From assembly GCA_008632985.1 (NCBI GenBank), contig QPGO01000070.1, forward strand, positions 310,001 to 374,000: DNA of 64,000 bases. Reading direction: 5' to 3'. How positions within the stretch are numbered: position 1 is the first letter of the stretch; every line of letters starts with the position of its first letter. The notes beneath the pieces were generated by a model. That model was not told where the DNA came from and ran no database searches. It was given only the letters and a program-made list of their open reading frames with translations. The stretch comes from Psammoneis japonica (taxonomy: Eukaryota). This document shows positions 23,721 to 33,700 of the stretch, piece by piece. The translations under genes were made by a program, and so were the position numbers.

Positions 23721-25214
23721 GTGAAGCTTGGTGCGGTGGCTGTGGCGAGAACATGAGAAACATGTGCAGGACAAGCCAACCACTCTTAGGCGCAGACGAA
23801 CAAAGACTTTTTCACGCTGATGGCAAAACGCCCGTGCGGGTCGTGAGGGCAACCAAATCGTGGAGGGGCGCTTATTTCAAAATGTGAATTTGAGCGTAAT
23901 TTTTGTTCTCTTTTTTTGCTTTTGTGGGGGATGCGTCTTCACTCTCATTCCTTTCTCGCTCGTGCAACTCAAGGAAGAGCACGGCAACACGGTGGACGGT
24001 GGTTCCTAAAAAAAAAGGGGAGCACTCGGACAATGGATATACAAACAACTGTCCATCAAAAGAATCTGAAGCAGGAATCACGGCAAACAATCGTGTCCTA
24101 CGGACGACCAAAGGGCGCTGAAACTTGCAGACATTGGATTTGTGTTTGATGCCAGGCTCAACAAGAATGGCAGAAGTGGTGGCTACTTTCTAATGCTGCG
24201 GACTGATACGGTATGAATGGAAGCAAAAATGTGTAGCATCTGACAAGGACTGATTCGTAAAAGATGGCATTGAAGAGAACGGCCCACTCCAGAAAGCAGT
24301 GCAGTTCGAGTAACTCGCCCCGTCTTGCTTGGTACACAACCAGATTGCAAATACAGTTACTGCTTGTCATTTCGGCAAGCGTACAAAAGCATGTGGGTTC
24401 GTCCTGATTCCAAAGATACAGCAGCTGAAGCAATAGACTTGGACAAGACGCCGGTTGCCGATCGTCCAGCCAGATTTGTCGCCTTGATTCCTCCCGAGAC
24501 GGTTGAGTTCCTCTTGGCAAAGTCTTTCACCTCGGAAACAAATACTGGATTGCTGCGTGTTAAAGTTGGAGAGTGATTCGCGATTTTCGCAAGCATGAGC
24601 TGTCTCTCCTTTCGTCAGAGAAACCATTTCAATGTCACCTTTGTCAACGGTACATAATGTCGGTCTTCTGGGAACTATCACAGTGTCGACAATAGGCGCA
24701 TGTGAATACTTGCGCCATGTTTAGGGACCGTCAGAGAATCGATAGAAGCAATGATCTAAAGGATTTGTGTCCCGAACCACGTGAGGATCCACGTCGTTTC
24801 CCGAGAGATCTTCGGAGCGGCCGGTGTCGAGGCCATGTCATGGTGAATATAGGAACAAACTCAACCTGGTTTGCATCAAAGCTCATTGTTTCACTGCTTT
24901 GACAAGGATCATTCTGCATTCTTGATTCGGTCGGTCATGGCCCTGATGATGAAGGGTGCTGTAGTGCATGCGCCGCTCCCGAAGCCCCCAAATCTTGACG
25001 CCGGCGTATTCATTCTGCAGAGCACTACGGAGAAGTACCAAGTCCATGGATGGGAGCTCTTGCGACATTATGAATGCAGAAAGTTTTTTGAGAGAACTCC
25101 TAAGTACTTCATGGGTTTAAGCCACTTGATGCCCATCAAGATAACCTTTCTTACCATGTGCTCCTAAACCTTTCTGTCGCCGTTCTCTAGCAATGGGTAA
25201 CAATTTGATCATGT

Positions 25215-25679
25215 CTAACTCTTCATCTTTGCCATGTCTTCTGTAAGCGAAAAGGCCGAATGAACAGCACATACCATGGCAATCAGTGAAAACTTAAAAT
25301 TCCAAATGTACAAAAGAACCCAGATTGATTGAGGCAGGTCACTCAGTAAGTCATCCAAAGTTTCTGTAGTCTGCTTGAGATTCGTAAAGAACGGAATGGC
25401 ATGATTTGTCTTGAGATTCCATTCGCAGTAAATAAAGTAAAAATCAATCACCAAAATGACAATTCCTGTCAAGAGGAATATCGCCTTGAGAACGGAAGGC
25501 TCTGCTTCCTCGTAGAGTGACAGCACAACGTTTACAAACGAGAGTGCATTGATTACTTCTGGACGAACGGCACGTATACGTTGACTTGTTGTTGTAGCTC
25601 GCGTCCCTGAAATCCTTCGCCCAGAAACCAAAGAGTCTGACTGGGCAATATCTTGCTGTTCAACGTCTAATGACAGCAT
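25215..25679 (-). CDS. Hypothetical small membrane protein
   Basis: 154-aa ATG-initiated ORF with three hydrophobic segments and normal dinucleotide composition. Confidence 0.45.
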   Translation of the reverse strand: MLSLDVEQQDIAQSDSLVSGRRISGTRATTTSQRIRAVRPEVINALSFVNVVLSLYEEAEPSVLKAIFLLTGIVILVIDFYFIYCEWNLKTNHAIPFFTNLKQTTETLDDLLSDLPQSIWVLLYIWNFKFSLIAMVCAVHSAFSLTEDMAKMKS

Positions 25680-25749
25680 GGTTGACGCTGTTTTATCAGT
25701 TGGAGCAACAAGAGGAGAAGGACGTAGCCCATTGCAGTTTGATGCAAAA

Positions 25750-27700
25750 AATCTGGATCAGATTCAAGTGCAAGTAAAAAAAAAAAGATCGCACACACGG
25801 AAGACGACAGACTTTCAAATTCTGCCGAAGCCGAATGAAGCGATTTTCAAAACCACTGAGGTGCCTTTTTCCAGCAGTTGTTGTCACGGCTGCAACAACG
25901 GAAGAACGACGTGTGGCCTTCACTTGGCGCTGCTTCAATTGACTTGGTGTACCCATCATCTTGTTCCATTTGTTCATGCCTCGGTGCAGCTTTCAGACAA
26001 TCAACTGAAAATGGCAGCAAGAGCAGCCAGAGCTTGGGGAAATTGTTCCGCACAAAAGTGTGTGCGCAAGAACAAAGTCGACCACTTTTCTCCTCTGTGC
26101 TCCTCAAGTGTGCTGTGACATCAGAGCACCATGCTCCACAACAAGCAACTGAGGCATGTCAAGGGGACCAGAGTGTGGTTCTGCAGAAGTGAGAAGAGTT
26201 GTGCTGTTGAATGAAAGCTTGCCCTGGTGTGTGGCATCATGTGAGCGACAACGGGAGCAAAGTTGCAGCTGTGAGCCATGGCCATGCCAAATTGACATGG
26301 CAGAGAGAGCCACACAACAAGTGCAGCAAATGCAGTGTCTGTCATCTGCAATTTTCACTTTGCTGAGGATGCAAACACAAGACCACTTAAGTTTGCAAGT
26401 GTGACAAGACTTGAAGAACAAGTGCCAAAAAATCAGAAAAGATTCTCATGTGGATTGTGCCAATGACAGAGGACCTTGTGGCCCATTTCAATCTGGGGTG
26501 AAATGGCAAACATGAGTTGCTTCCTGTGGGAGTGCAAGCTCAGCACTCATTTTGACTGCCTTTTGAAATGCCAACTCATTTGATTGAAGGGCACCAGCAC
26601 TGGCAGCCCATTGGACAGCCAGCTTCTGGATCTTGGCAGTTGTCTGAAGAGCTTTTCCATGATGAAGACTGCCAAGCTCTTCCTGAGTGGTCAGGCCACC
26701 ATCTGTGAGCTGTGCTCTGCTGCTTCTCACTCCAAGGGCTGTGGGATGGATTGTGCTGAGGAGGGGGCCAGGTGTGCATCTGTGAATTGGCAGATGACTC
26801 TAGATTGAGCCCAAGCTGAAGACACACAGGTCAGAGTTCACAAGCAAAAAGAAGAGAGATTCTCCAGCTCTTTTCTTCTCTTTGTTCTCTCACCTGAAAA
26901 ACCGGTGTTGAGGGGAGGGGATCTGGCTCTGGCTGCTTGCTCCATTGCGATCTGAGAGGATTCTTCTTGGACAAATTGATTGAAAGAGTTGCACGTGTGC
27001 TCCATTTTGCTGTTGTCATTGAATGCAATGGTTGAGGACACACACACACAGTCAGATCAGAAGAGATGGTGGCATGTCCTCAATGGTTGAATTTCTCTGC
27101 AGCCGCCCTTTGAAATGAAGTGCAGAAGTCCCATCCAATGGGCTGGCAGCTGTTTTGTCATTGTCAAGATTTGGATGCATCATTGGCAAGCAACTTTGTC
27201 AGGACTCAATGGCAGGAGCTGCAGGGCTTGCACAGTGTCGACATGCTCTGTTCATGGAAATGACTGCAGAGATGCTCAGAACAAGTCAGCTTGTGCCAGG
27301 ACACACTGAGGATGCTGAGGTCAAGGCTGTGTGCTTGTGAGAGGCTGGTTGCTTGGCATGGGAAGGAGCTCCTCATTTGCTGAATTTGCTGAAGAGCACC
27401 TCGCTCACATGACTCACTGGTTGAGGAAGAGGCTCAACAGCTTGCTGGCTCCTGCATGAGGCACTCACACCATTGCCGTGCAGCATTGCCATCTGGTGCA
27501 ATGCTGAACTTGGCCAATTGTTGCATGTTCCTGCCACACTGCACATTTTTTGCACTGCTGTGGTGCAGGTTGGCTTGTTGCTGGGTGGAAGCGCAGCACC
27601 TCAAACATCGATTTTTGGTTTGCCATTGAATGAAATTGGATGTGCTAAAAACAAAGCTACAAAGCATGACAGAGGCTTTGTGCTTGTACAAGAACACAAC
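25750..27700. other. Second CpG/TpA-depleted block (decayed repeat or gene of unknown identity)
   Basis: Same TG/CA saturation and Tyr-poor ORFs as the 13.85-23.87 kb block. No domain could be recognised. Confidence 0.85.
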
Positions 27701-28060
27701 ACGGAGGAAGACAAGTGGATGCAAATGCTTTCAAGGAAGAAGAAAGAAGCCCATTTTAGAGAAAGCAAAAACTAGAATTCCGCTCGCCGCAAGAGTAGCT
27801 AAATCATAAATAAAATGCGACTTTCTATAAACTCTACTGTATTTCTGCTAGCTTGTGAGAGGAGCAGATGTGTCTGTGCAATAAATAAAATAATGGTTTG
27901 AGACTGCGACAAACCATGACGGATCCTAAAATTGCGTCGTGTAACGTACACGCACAATATACTTTTTCCGTGTCAATAAAAAACACGGTCTCCCTTTTCT
28001 CTGTCCGACGGTAAAAAATCTTTCATAATGTAGGCGTTCAAAGTGAAAACCATCAGATTG

Positions 28061-29557
28061 TCAAACAAACAAGAAAAGAGACAGCATGATGGAGAACGTG
28101 GTGGTCCATCCAACAATGCTCAAGGGCACCGCATCCGAACTATCATCCTCGAAAACTTCCGGAGCTCCAGAAAGAGTAGGATTGAGAGTAGGATTGGCCG
28201 CGGGTACTGTAGGGGATGCGGTGGGTGCTGTAGGGGATGCGGTTGGTGAGAGACTTGTGGTTGGCCCCGCAGATGGCTCTGGTGTAGACGGAGGCGCCGT
28301 TGGCGGAGCGGTCGGTGCCGGCGGGAAGGTTGGCAGGGGCGTCGGGCGGATCGACGACGGAGGTGTCGGTGCGCTCGAGGGTGTTGTCGGCGATGGTGTC
28401 ATTGGTTGAGTTGTGCTCAAGGGTGCTGACGGCGATGGCGGCGGTGTTGGTCGTGGAGTGGGTGGCGGTGTTGGTCGTGGAGTAGGAGGCGGTGTTGGTC
28501 GTGGAGTAGGAGGCGGTGGAGGTGTCGGTGGCGCAGTGGGTGGCAAGGGAAACGCAGTCAAAATCGTAGGTCGGGGTGTAGGAGCAGGCGTTGGTGGAGT
28601 TGGTGTGGTCGGTAGCGTAGGCCTGCTAGTTGGAGCGGGAGTAGGTTGGATGGCAGTGGTGGTGTATGCGCAAGAAGGATTCTTGCACGTCCCAATGAAA
28701 TCGTACCCAAAAATCCTTTTTTGATCAAAGTCGACAATCTGAAAACATCTCCCACTGACATAGGCATAATCTCGTGATACTGAACCGCACTCTCCATTCT
28801 CGTACTTGCATCTGAATCGTGTTTTGAACTCGTTGCATTTTGTGCAGTCCGAGTTGGAGCAGTGAGCTCGTCGAAAGGCCAACTTTTCTTTGTCAGTGCA
28901 AACCGCAATGTAATAACCAACTTGATCGTGTCTTCGACACCTCCCGTCCGCAATGATCTCCTTTGAAACACCGTTTGATTTGAATACACTGCAATTTGTG
29001 ACGTTTCGCATACGCCAGGAACAAGGTTCTGGTTTCAGTGTCTCTTTTGGTTGAGTTGCACACGAAGGTTTTGCGCAAGTCCCCATCATACCATATGCCG
29101 CATCGACAACATTGGAACGCGGGTCTCGTCGTTCCGAACACATGGAGGGTTCTCTCTGTTCATTGCGCGCAATAAAACCGCATTCACCGGCTAAGCCGTC
29201 GCAACCGGGCACAAATTCATTGCATTCAGAACAGTCGCTGTTCTTACAGTGCGCTCTCAGAAATTTGACTGGGCTTGTGCTGGCTGCACCTGTACAAACC
29301 GCCATGTAGTACCCGAGCTCTTGATTGTAGTTGCATCGACCGTCCACATTCACTTTTGTCGTTTTACCTCGTTCCGCAACAAGCTGACAAGGACTACCGC
29401 CACTGATAAAATTCCAACTACACGTGTCATCTTGCAGTTCTCTGTGATTTTGCGTCGTCGTGGGAAACATATACGAAGCCTCTGTTCTAGGATCTGCATT
29501 AACTGATACACTGAGGCATAGTGTAACAATAGTGACTAGGGATCGGACAAGCACCAT
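28061..29557 (-). CDS. Secreted cell-surface protein: two Cys-rich repeats, Pro/Thr mucin-like stalk, hydrophobic C-terminus (possible GPI anchor)
   Basis: Signal peptide, duplicated module CSW...DGRC...GYY.AVCT...RAHC.NSDC..CNEF...GECG...G.C..PSCA, (PPPTPRPT)n repeats and a hydrophobic tail. Confidence 0.85.
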   Translation of the reverse strand: MVLVRSLVTIVTLCLSVSVNADPRTEASYMFPTTTQNHRELQDDTCSWNFISGGSPCQLVAERGKTTKVNVDGRCNYNQELGYYMAVCTGAASTSPVKFLRAHCKNSDCSECNEFVPGCDGLAGECGFIARNEQREPSMCSERRDPRSNVVDAAYGMMGTCAKPSCATQPKETLKPEPCSWRMRNVTNCSVFKSNGVSKEIIADGRCRRHDQVGYYIAVCTDKEKLAFRRAHCSNSDCTKCNEFKTRFRCKYENGECGSVSRDYAYVSGRCFQIVDFDQKRIFGYDFIGTCKNPSCAYTTTAIQPTPAPTSRPTLPTTPTPPTPAPTPRPTILTAFPLPPTAPPTPPPPPTPRPTPPPTPRPTPPPTPRPTPPPSPSAPLSTTQPMTPSPTTPSSAPTPPSSIRPTPLPTFPPAPTAPPTAPPSTPEPSAGPTTSLSPTASPTAPTASPTVPAANPTLNPTLSGAPEVFEDDSSDAVPLSIVGWTTTFSIMLSLFLFV

Positions 29558-29989
29558 TGTCAAAACCCAGTGACTGGAATGAGCTCATCAATCGTTAAAA
29601 AAAAATGAGGTGTTGCAGGAGGGAGCCAACGAACGTTCGGTGAGACGTGTTCAGTTGGCATTTTTAAACCAAATTTTCAAGATTCGATCCCTCCTGTAGA
29701 AATCTACAGCGCGGTGCAGTACAATTCCTTGCCAGAGGTACGTTAAGTTTTTACTATCAGGCGGAAACTGGTATGTTTATATTACGCAGTATGAATGACG
29801 CATTGGACATTTCTATATTTTCAGTTATCAAAACGGAAAGCTACGACGTGGACAAATTTTGACAGGATATTCATTTTTGTATACACTTATATGGTTCCAA
29901 AAAACGATTGTCGACTCCTCTTCCAACAACGAGTCAGGTGAAAAAAATAGATTCCAAAATAATCATATTCAAATAAAATCACAATCGTG

Positions 29990-30612
29990 GATGTGACAAA
30001 ATGGCTCAGAACTCGTTCCATGCATCAAGCCATTGTTGTTGTGGCGCCAATCTGCCCACTGTGGTGTTGTGTTTTTCCAGAGGAGCAACAGGTGAGATGA
30101 CCAAAGCTGGGGCTGGGTTGAGCTGTCAGTGTGAGGACCAGCTTTTCGACCAGCTTCTTGGGCAAAAGAGCTTGGCTTGCCCATCGAGCACTCTGGGCAG
30201 AGCAAAGGCACAGGTGCCAGGCTTCGCTCTAGCTTGGCAGCTTTGAGTTGGCTGGTGCACTCACTTTTTCTTGCTTCTGTCACCAGCAGCCAGCTCCAGC
30301 TCAGCTGCCCACACTCAGGTGGCTTGAGCACAAACAAGGACAGCCACCGTCCCAAGAAGGCTCCAAACACAAAGTGTGCAAAAACTTGCAAGAGAAGAGA
30401 TTTTTTGGGGCTCTGAAATGTGATGGACAACCCAGAGACTTTCACGAACACTCACCTGCTCTTTCCATGTGTCCACCGCTGGCAAGCGGCACGACACAGC
30501 AACGAAATCTCCATGATGCTCTGACGGTGCGGCACGCCACGACGTGCCCGCGAGAGATTTTTGTGAGGGAGGATGACCTTTGACAGTCATTGGTCATTGC
30601 TTGCTTTGAAGG
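29990..30612. other. Third, small TpA/CpG-depleted block
   Basis: Only about one TA (CTAG near 30230) in ~620 bp. CG is reduced in the left two-thirds. Confidence 0.75.
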
Positions 30613-30729
30613 GCATAAACAATTCCATTTGATTCTGCGCGGGAAAAAATGCAAAATGTGGTGCCGTTATCTCCTTGTGCAACTAGCTAGAGTAACACAT
30701 TCGATCGATCAATCACATAGCATCGTACA

Positions 30730-31740
30730 ATGTGTCGTTACCACGCCATTTTGTTTCTATTCCTTTGTCTAGAGGTGGCCCGAGGCGAGTTTAAACGGAA
30801 GTATAGATCTCGATCATGTTCTCCACTTGCAATCAAGAGTTTGGGAAGGTCGTTCGGAAACCCACAATCATGTGGCGAAGCTTCGACTCGTGACCACGAA
30901 TGTACAGGAACAGAAATCATGTACGCATACAGCACTCGAAGAAGATACTCAGTACGTCTAACATTTGGGTCGCTGTTTGTCTGCTTGGTGTGTAATCTAA
31001 CATGTTGTGTTGGTGTTATCTACTTTGTCTTGTAGGAGTGTGTGTGTTGCGCCGAAAAGCCTGCAGCCATGACAACCCAAGAAGCGTATCCAGAGTATCG
31101 GCGCTATGAGGTCTGGGAGGACACAGGTTCTGGTGTTTCCATGTCTGTACCGCCTGCGAAAGCTTGTCCTACTGACAAGGTGCAAATCGAAATCAGAATC
31201 AAAACTGACTCTTTCCCGGTAGAGACCACGTGGTCACTCACTAGCATTTGCGATAAAGATGCTGAAATTACTACTGGTGGAAAGTACGAAAAGGCACACC
31301 ATGACTACGTTCACAGGCGATGCATGGATCCTGGACAGTATGAGTTCACTATTTCGGATTGGTTTGGCGATGGGATTTGTTGCGGTTACGATGCCGGTGG
31401 CTACCAGGTTCTCTACAACGATAAGGTAGTTGCCAGCGGCGACGCGTTCCAACATAAAGAGTCAACGATGTTTGGCAACTCATGTCCGAATACATTTCTG
31501 CGCTTACCTGGGTATGGGTGCAACGATTTCCAGGATAAGAACCTTGGAACTAGGTTCAAAACTCCTGATGAGTGTGGCGATGCAGCTCGCAAAGATCGCA
31601 GTTGCAGAGGGAACGAAATCATGTGGAGTGCTTATTCGTACGACTGGGGGTGTCGTTGCTGTGGACCAAAACCATACGGCGACGATGAAAAAGTTTACAC
31701 GCCAAATCCAAATTGGAACACCTATCAATACGAAGACTAG
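30730..31740 (+). CDS. Secreted Cys-rich protein with a central DGICC-type beta domain flanked by two related Cys-rich modules, 2 exons
   Basis: Signal peptide and in-phase intron 30952-31035. Central IKTDSFPVETTWSL...FTISDWFGDGICCGY. Flanking modules match LG..F..P..CG.A...D..C.G.EIM..YS...C.CC. Confidence 0.75.
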
Positions 31741-31984
31741 AGAGTCTTCCCTAGAAATTATGTCATAATAATGTGCTGTGTTTCTTGATACCGTAAGGAC
31801 GGTTCCCGAAGTCATTGCTTCATACCGGTATTCTTGCAAACGTTCCTCGAGTGTGAGCCGTCGTTTCCGTCTCAAAGGAGACAAGAACGTGGAATCGGTT
31901 CTTACGAAACTACTATTTTGCAATCGAGGCTTGCCGACCACTGCAACATAATGTCAGCCGTTGTGCAATCACTTTTCTTTTACT

Positions 31985-33700
31985 TTATATTTGAACGTTT
32001 CCGTCACGCCGTCCGGAAGATATCGTAGCTGGAGACGAGCCGCTCCGATTCAATGGTGGAGTCTTTCCCAAGCCACCGGAGGTTAAGAATTTGGAGGAAG
32101 CCGCTTCACAAAAGACATTGTTTTCCGGTCCCAATTCCACCGTCCGCAACCACTCGTATACTTTTCGCTCCTTCTCATTCTTCTTGGTCCGCTTCTTGCG
32201 TCGTTCTTGGTGTGGAGACTTTTCTGGGACCGGTGCCACACCCTCTCGTTCGTCATCATCATCATCGTTAATGTCCATTTGGGACGGAGCAACCGCCACA
32301 GCAGAGGCATCAGGCGCAAAACCCTCGTGAAAAACGCGTTCCATCCCATCTTCAATCACTACATTAGCCTCAAAAGACGACGAGCGCACAGTTGATAAAC
32401 CTTGTCTTTCAGCATCCAAACCATCTTCTGGAAGGTACAAACTCGACCCTCGGCTGCTCAGACTGGCGTCATCATCATAACCACGAAACAAGTCGTCCTC
32501 CTCATCGGTATAATCCGTAGTGCTACCTTGAACATGATTAGCCATTCGAATCGAGGGTATTGACCACTGGCGTTCTGCCAGTGGTATGGTATTCATGGAT
32601 GAACTGGACGAACCACGTGAACTGTCTACATCTCTCCGAGGAAGGAAAATAGAGGAAAGCTCTTCTCGTGGCAGTCCGACATGAGCCAAATCGTTGCGTG
32701 AAGGTTGATAGGGTTTCAGGCCGTGTTGAGCTGAACGAGCCTGTGGTTGTGGCACTGTGAATGCTCCGCCCTCCTCTTCCACGGCTGCCTTGTATTGCTG
32801 TCTCGAGTTGAATGAATAAAACTTTTGTCTGGGAAACTGAACCGGTCGACCAATGTTATCATCGTCTTGATCGCTTTGATCCCTGTAAGTCTCATCCCAA
32901 GAGTTCCCCAGAATACCCTGTTGTGACAAATGTTGCCGGGCCTCGTGGGCCAGATCGTCATTGCTTGAAACGGACGAACGTGGTGCAACTGGCAAGTACG
33001 GAGGCGGCCTAGTAGTAGTATCAGAAAAACGCCGTTGGTGCAGTGGATGTTGTAAGGAGAGCTGAGGACCACCTCCATAATCGACTCCAGAGGGTAATGC
33101 TAAATGTTCCCCATGAAGTTGGTCCTCTGGTGACACTACAATTACACCATCATCCTCCACAAACTGAGCAGCGTCACTCGTGTTGCGAGTGACTGGGGTG
33201 AGTTCATGGTGAACAACGGGGGCCGGACGAAGGACAGCCGGGGACGTTTGACGAGAACTTGGGCGACTAGTTGTCATGCGAGGAGGAGGTCCAAGGCCTC
33301 CTGCTTGCGATCCTGTAGCAGACTTGGGAGATGCGTCCAAAAGAGAGGGCGAAGAATGAGTGCGTGGCAACCCCGACTCAATATTTTGGCGAGGGGTGGC
33401 GGGTTTGCTGTTGGTGCCACGAGGAGTCATCTGGGAACCCGGCGGCGGAGTCGTTCTGCCTCCCACCATGGAAGCGGTGGGACTTGCGATAGATCGTTGA
33501 CGAGGAGGGGATACGGATAAGTGTTGGAGTCGCCGGGAGAGGGTCTTGACGTTCTTGCCCTCAACGGCCATTGGCTCTGCTGCTTTCGTAGCGTCCCCCG
33601 TAGAATCAGTACTGGAATCACATAACCGCCTTTCTCCTTCAATGGTGCTCCGATTTTCCTCCTGTTGCTTTGGAGTCGTTTCACCAACTGAACTCTCCAT
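31985..33700 (-). CDS. Hypothetical Ser/Pro-rich disordered protein
   Basis: Uninterrupted ORF of about 570 aa with C-terminal motif VYEWLRTVE...EAASSKFL. Confidence 0.75.
   Translation of the reverse strand: MESSVGETTPKQQEENRSTIEGERRLCDSSTDSTGDATKAAEPMAVEGKNVKTLSRRLQHLSVSPPRQRSIASPTASMVGGRTTPPPGSQMTPRGTNSKPATPRQNIESGLPRTHSSPSLLDASPKSATGSQAGGLGPPPRMTTSRPSSRQTSPAVLRPAPVVHHELTPVTRNTSDAAQFVEDDGVIVVSPEDQLHGEHLALPSGVDYGGGPQLSLQHPLHQRRFSDTTTRPPPYLPVAPRSSVSSNDDLAHEARQHLSQQGILGNSWDETYRDQSDQDDDNIGRPVQFPRQKFYSFNSRQQYKAAVEEEGGAFTVPQPQARSAQHGLKPYQPSRNDLAHVGLPREELSSIFLPRRDVDSSRGSSSSSMNTIPLAERQWSIPSIRMANHVQGSTTDYTDEEDDLFRGYDDDASLSSRGSSLYLPEDGLDAERQGLSTVRSSSFEANVVIEDGMERVFHEGFAPDASAVAVAPSQMDINDDDDDEREGVAPVPEKSPHQERRKKRTKKNEKERKVYEWLRTVELGPENNVFCEAASSKFLTSGGLGKTPPLNRSGSSPATISSGRRDGNVQI

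Larger units (their letters stand above)
13850..23870. other. ~10-kb hypermutated block depleted of both CpG and TpA, made of decayed repeats and pseudogenes
   Basis: By eye, CG and TAC/TAT/GTA/ATA nearly vanish while TG/CA dominate. Six-frame ORFs are almost Tyr-free and rich in Cys/His/Trp/Gln. Confidence 0.93.

Noticed and set aside
13850..23870. Classical fungal RIP, or simple CpG decay, as the full explanation
   Set aside because: RIP raises TpA and lowers CpA/TpG, the opposite of what is seen. CpG decay alone cannot turn TAT into CAT/TGT.
13850..23870. Foreign or viral insertion with an intrinsically CpG/TpA-poor composition or an alternative genetic code
   Set aside because: The content includes frameshifted LINE motifs with destroyed catalytic residues, and a host-gene copy shows the same changes, so the bias was acquired in place.
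23900..25170. Short ORFs between the two hypermutated blocks
   Set aside because: No consistent strand, splice pattern or recognisable domain. It may be a broken gene but I cannot support a call.
13900..27700. Dozens of overlapping Cys/His-rich ORFs in all six frames, suggesting metal-binding peptides
   Set aside because: Loss of TA removes TAA/TAG stops and converts Tyr to Cys/His, so long spurious ORFs are expected in the depleted blocks.
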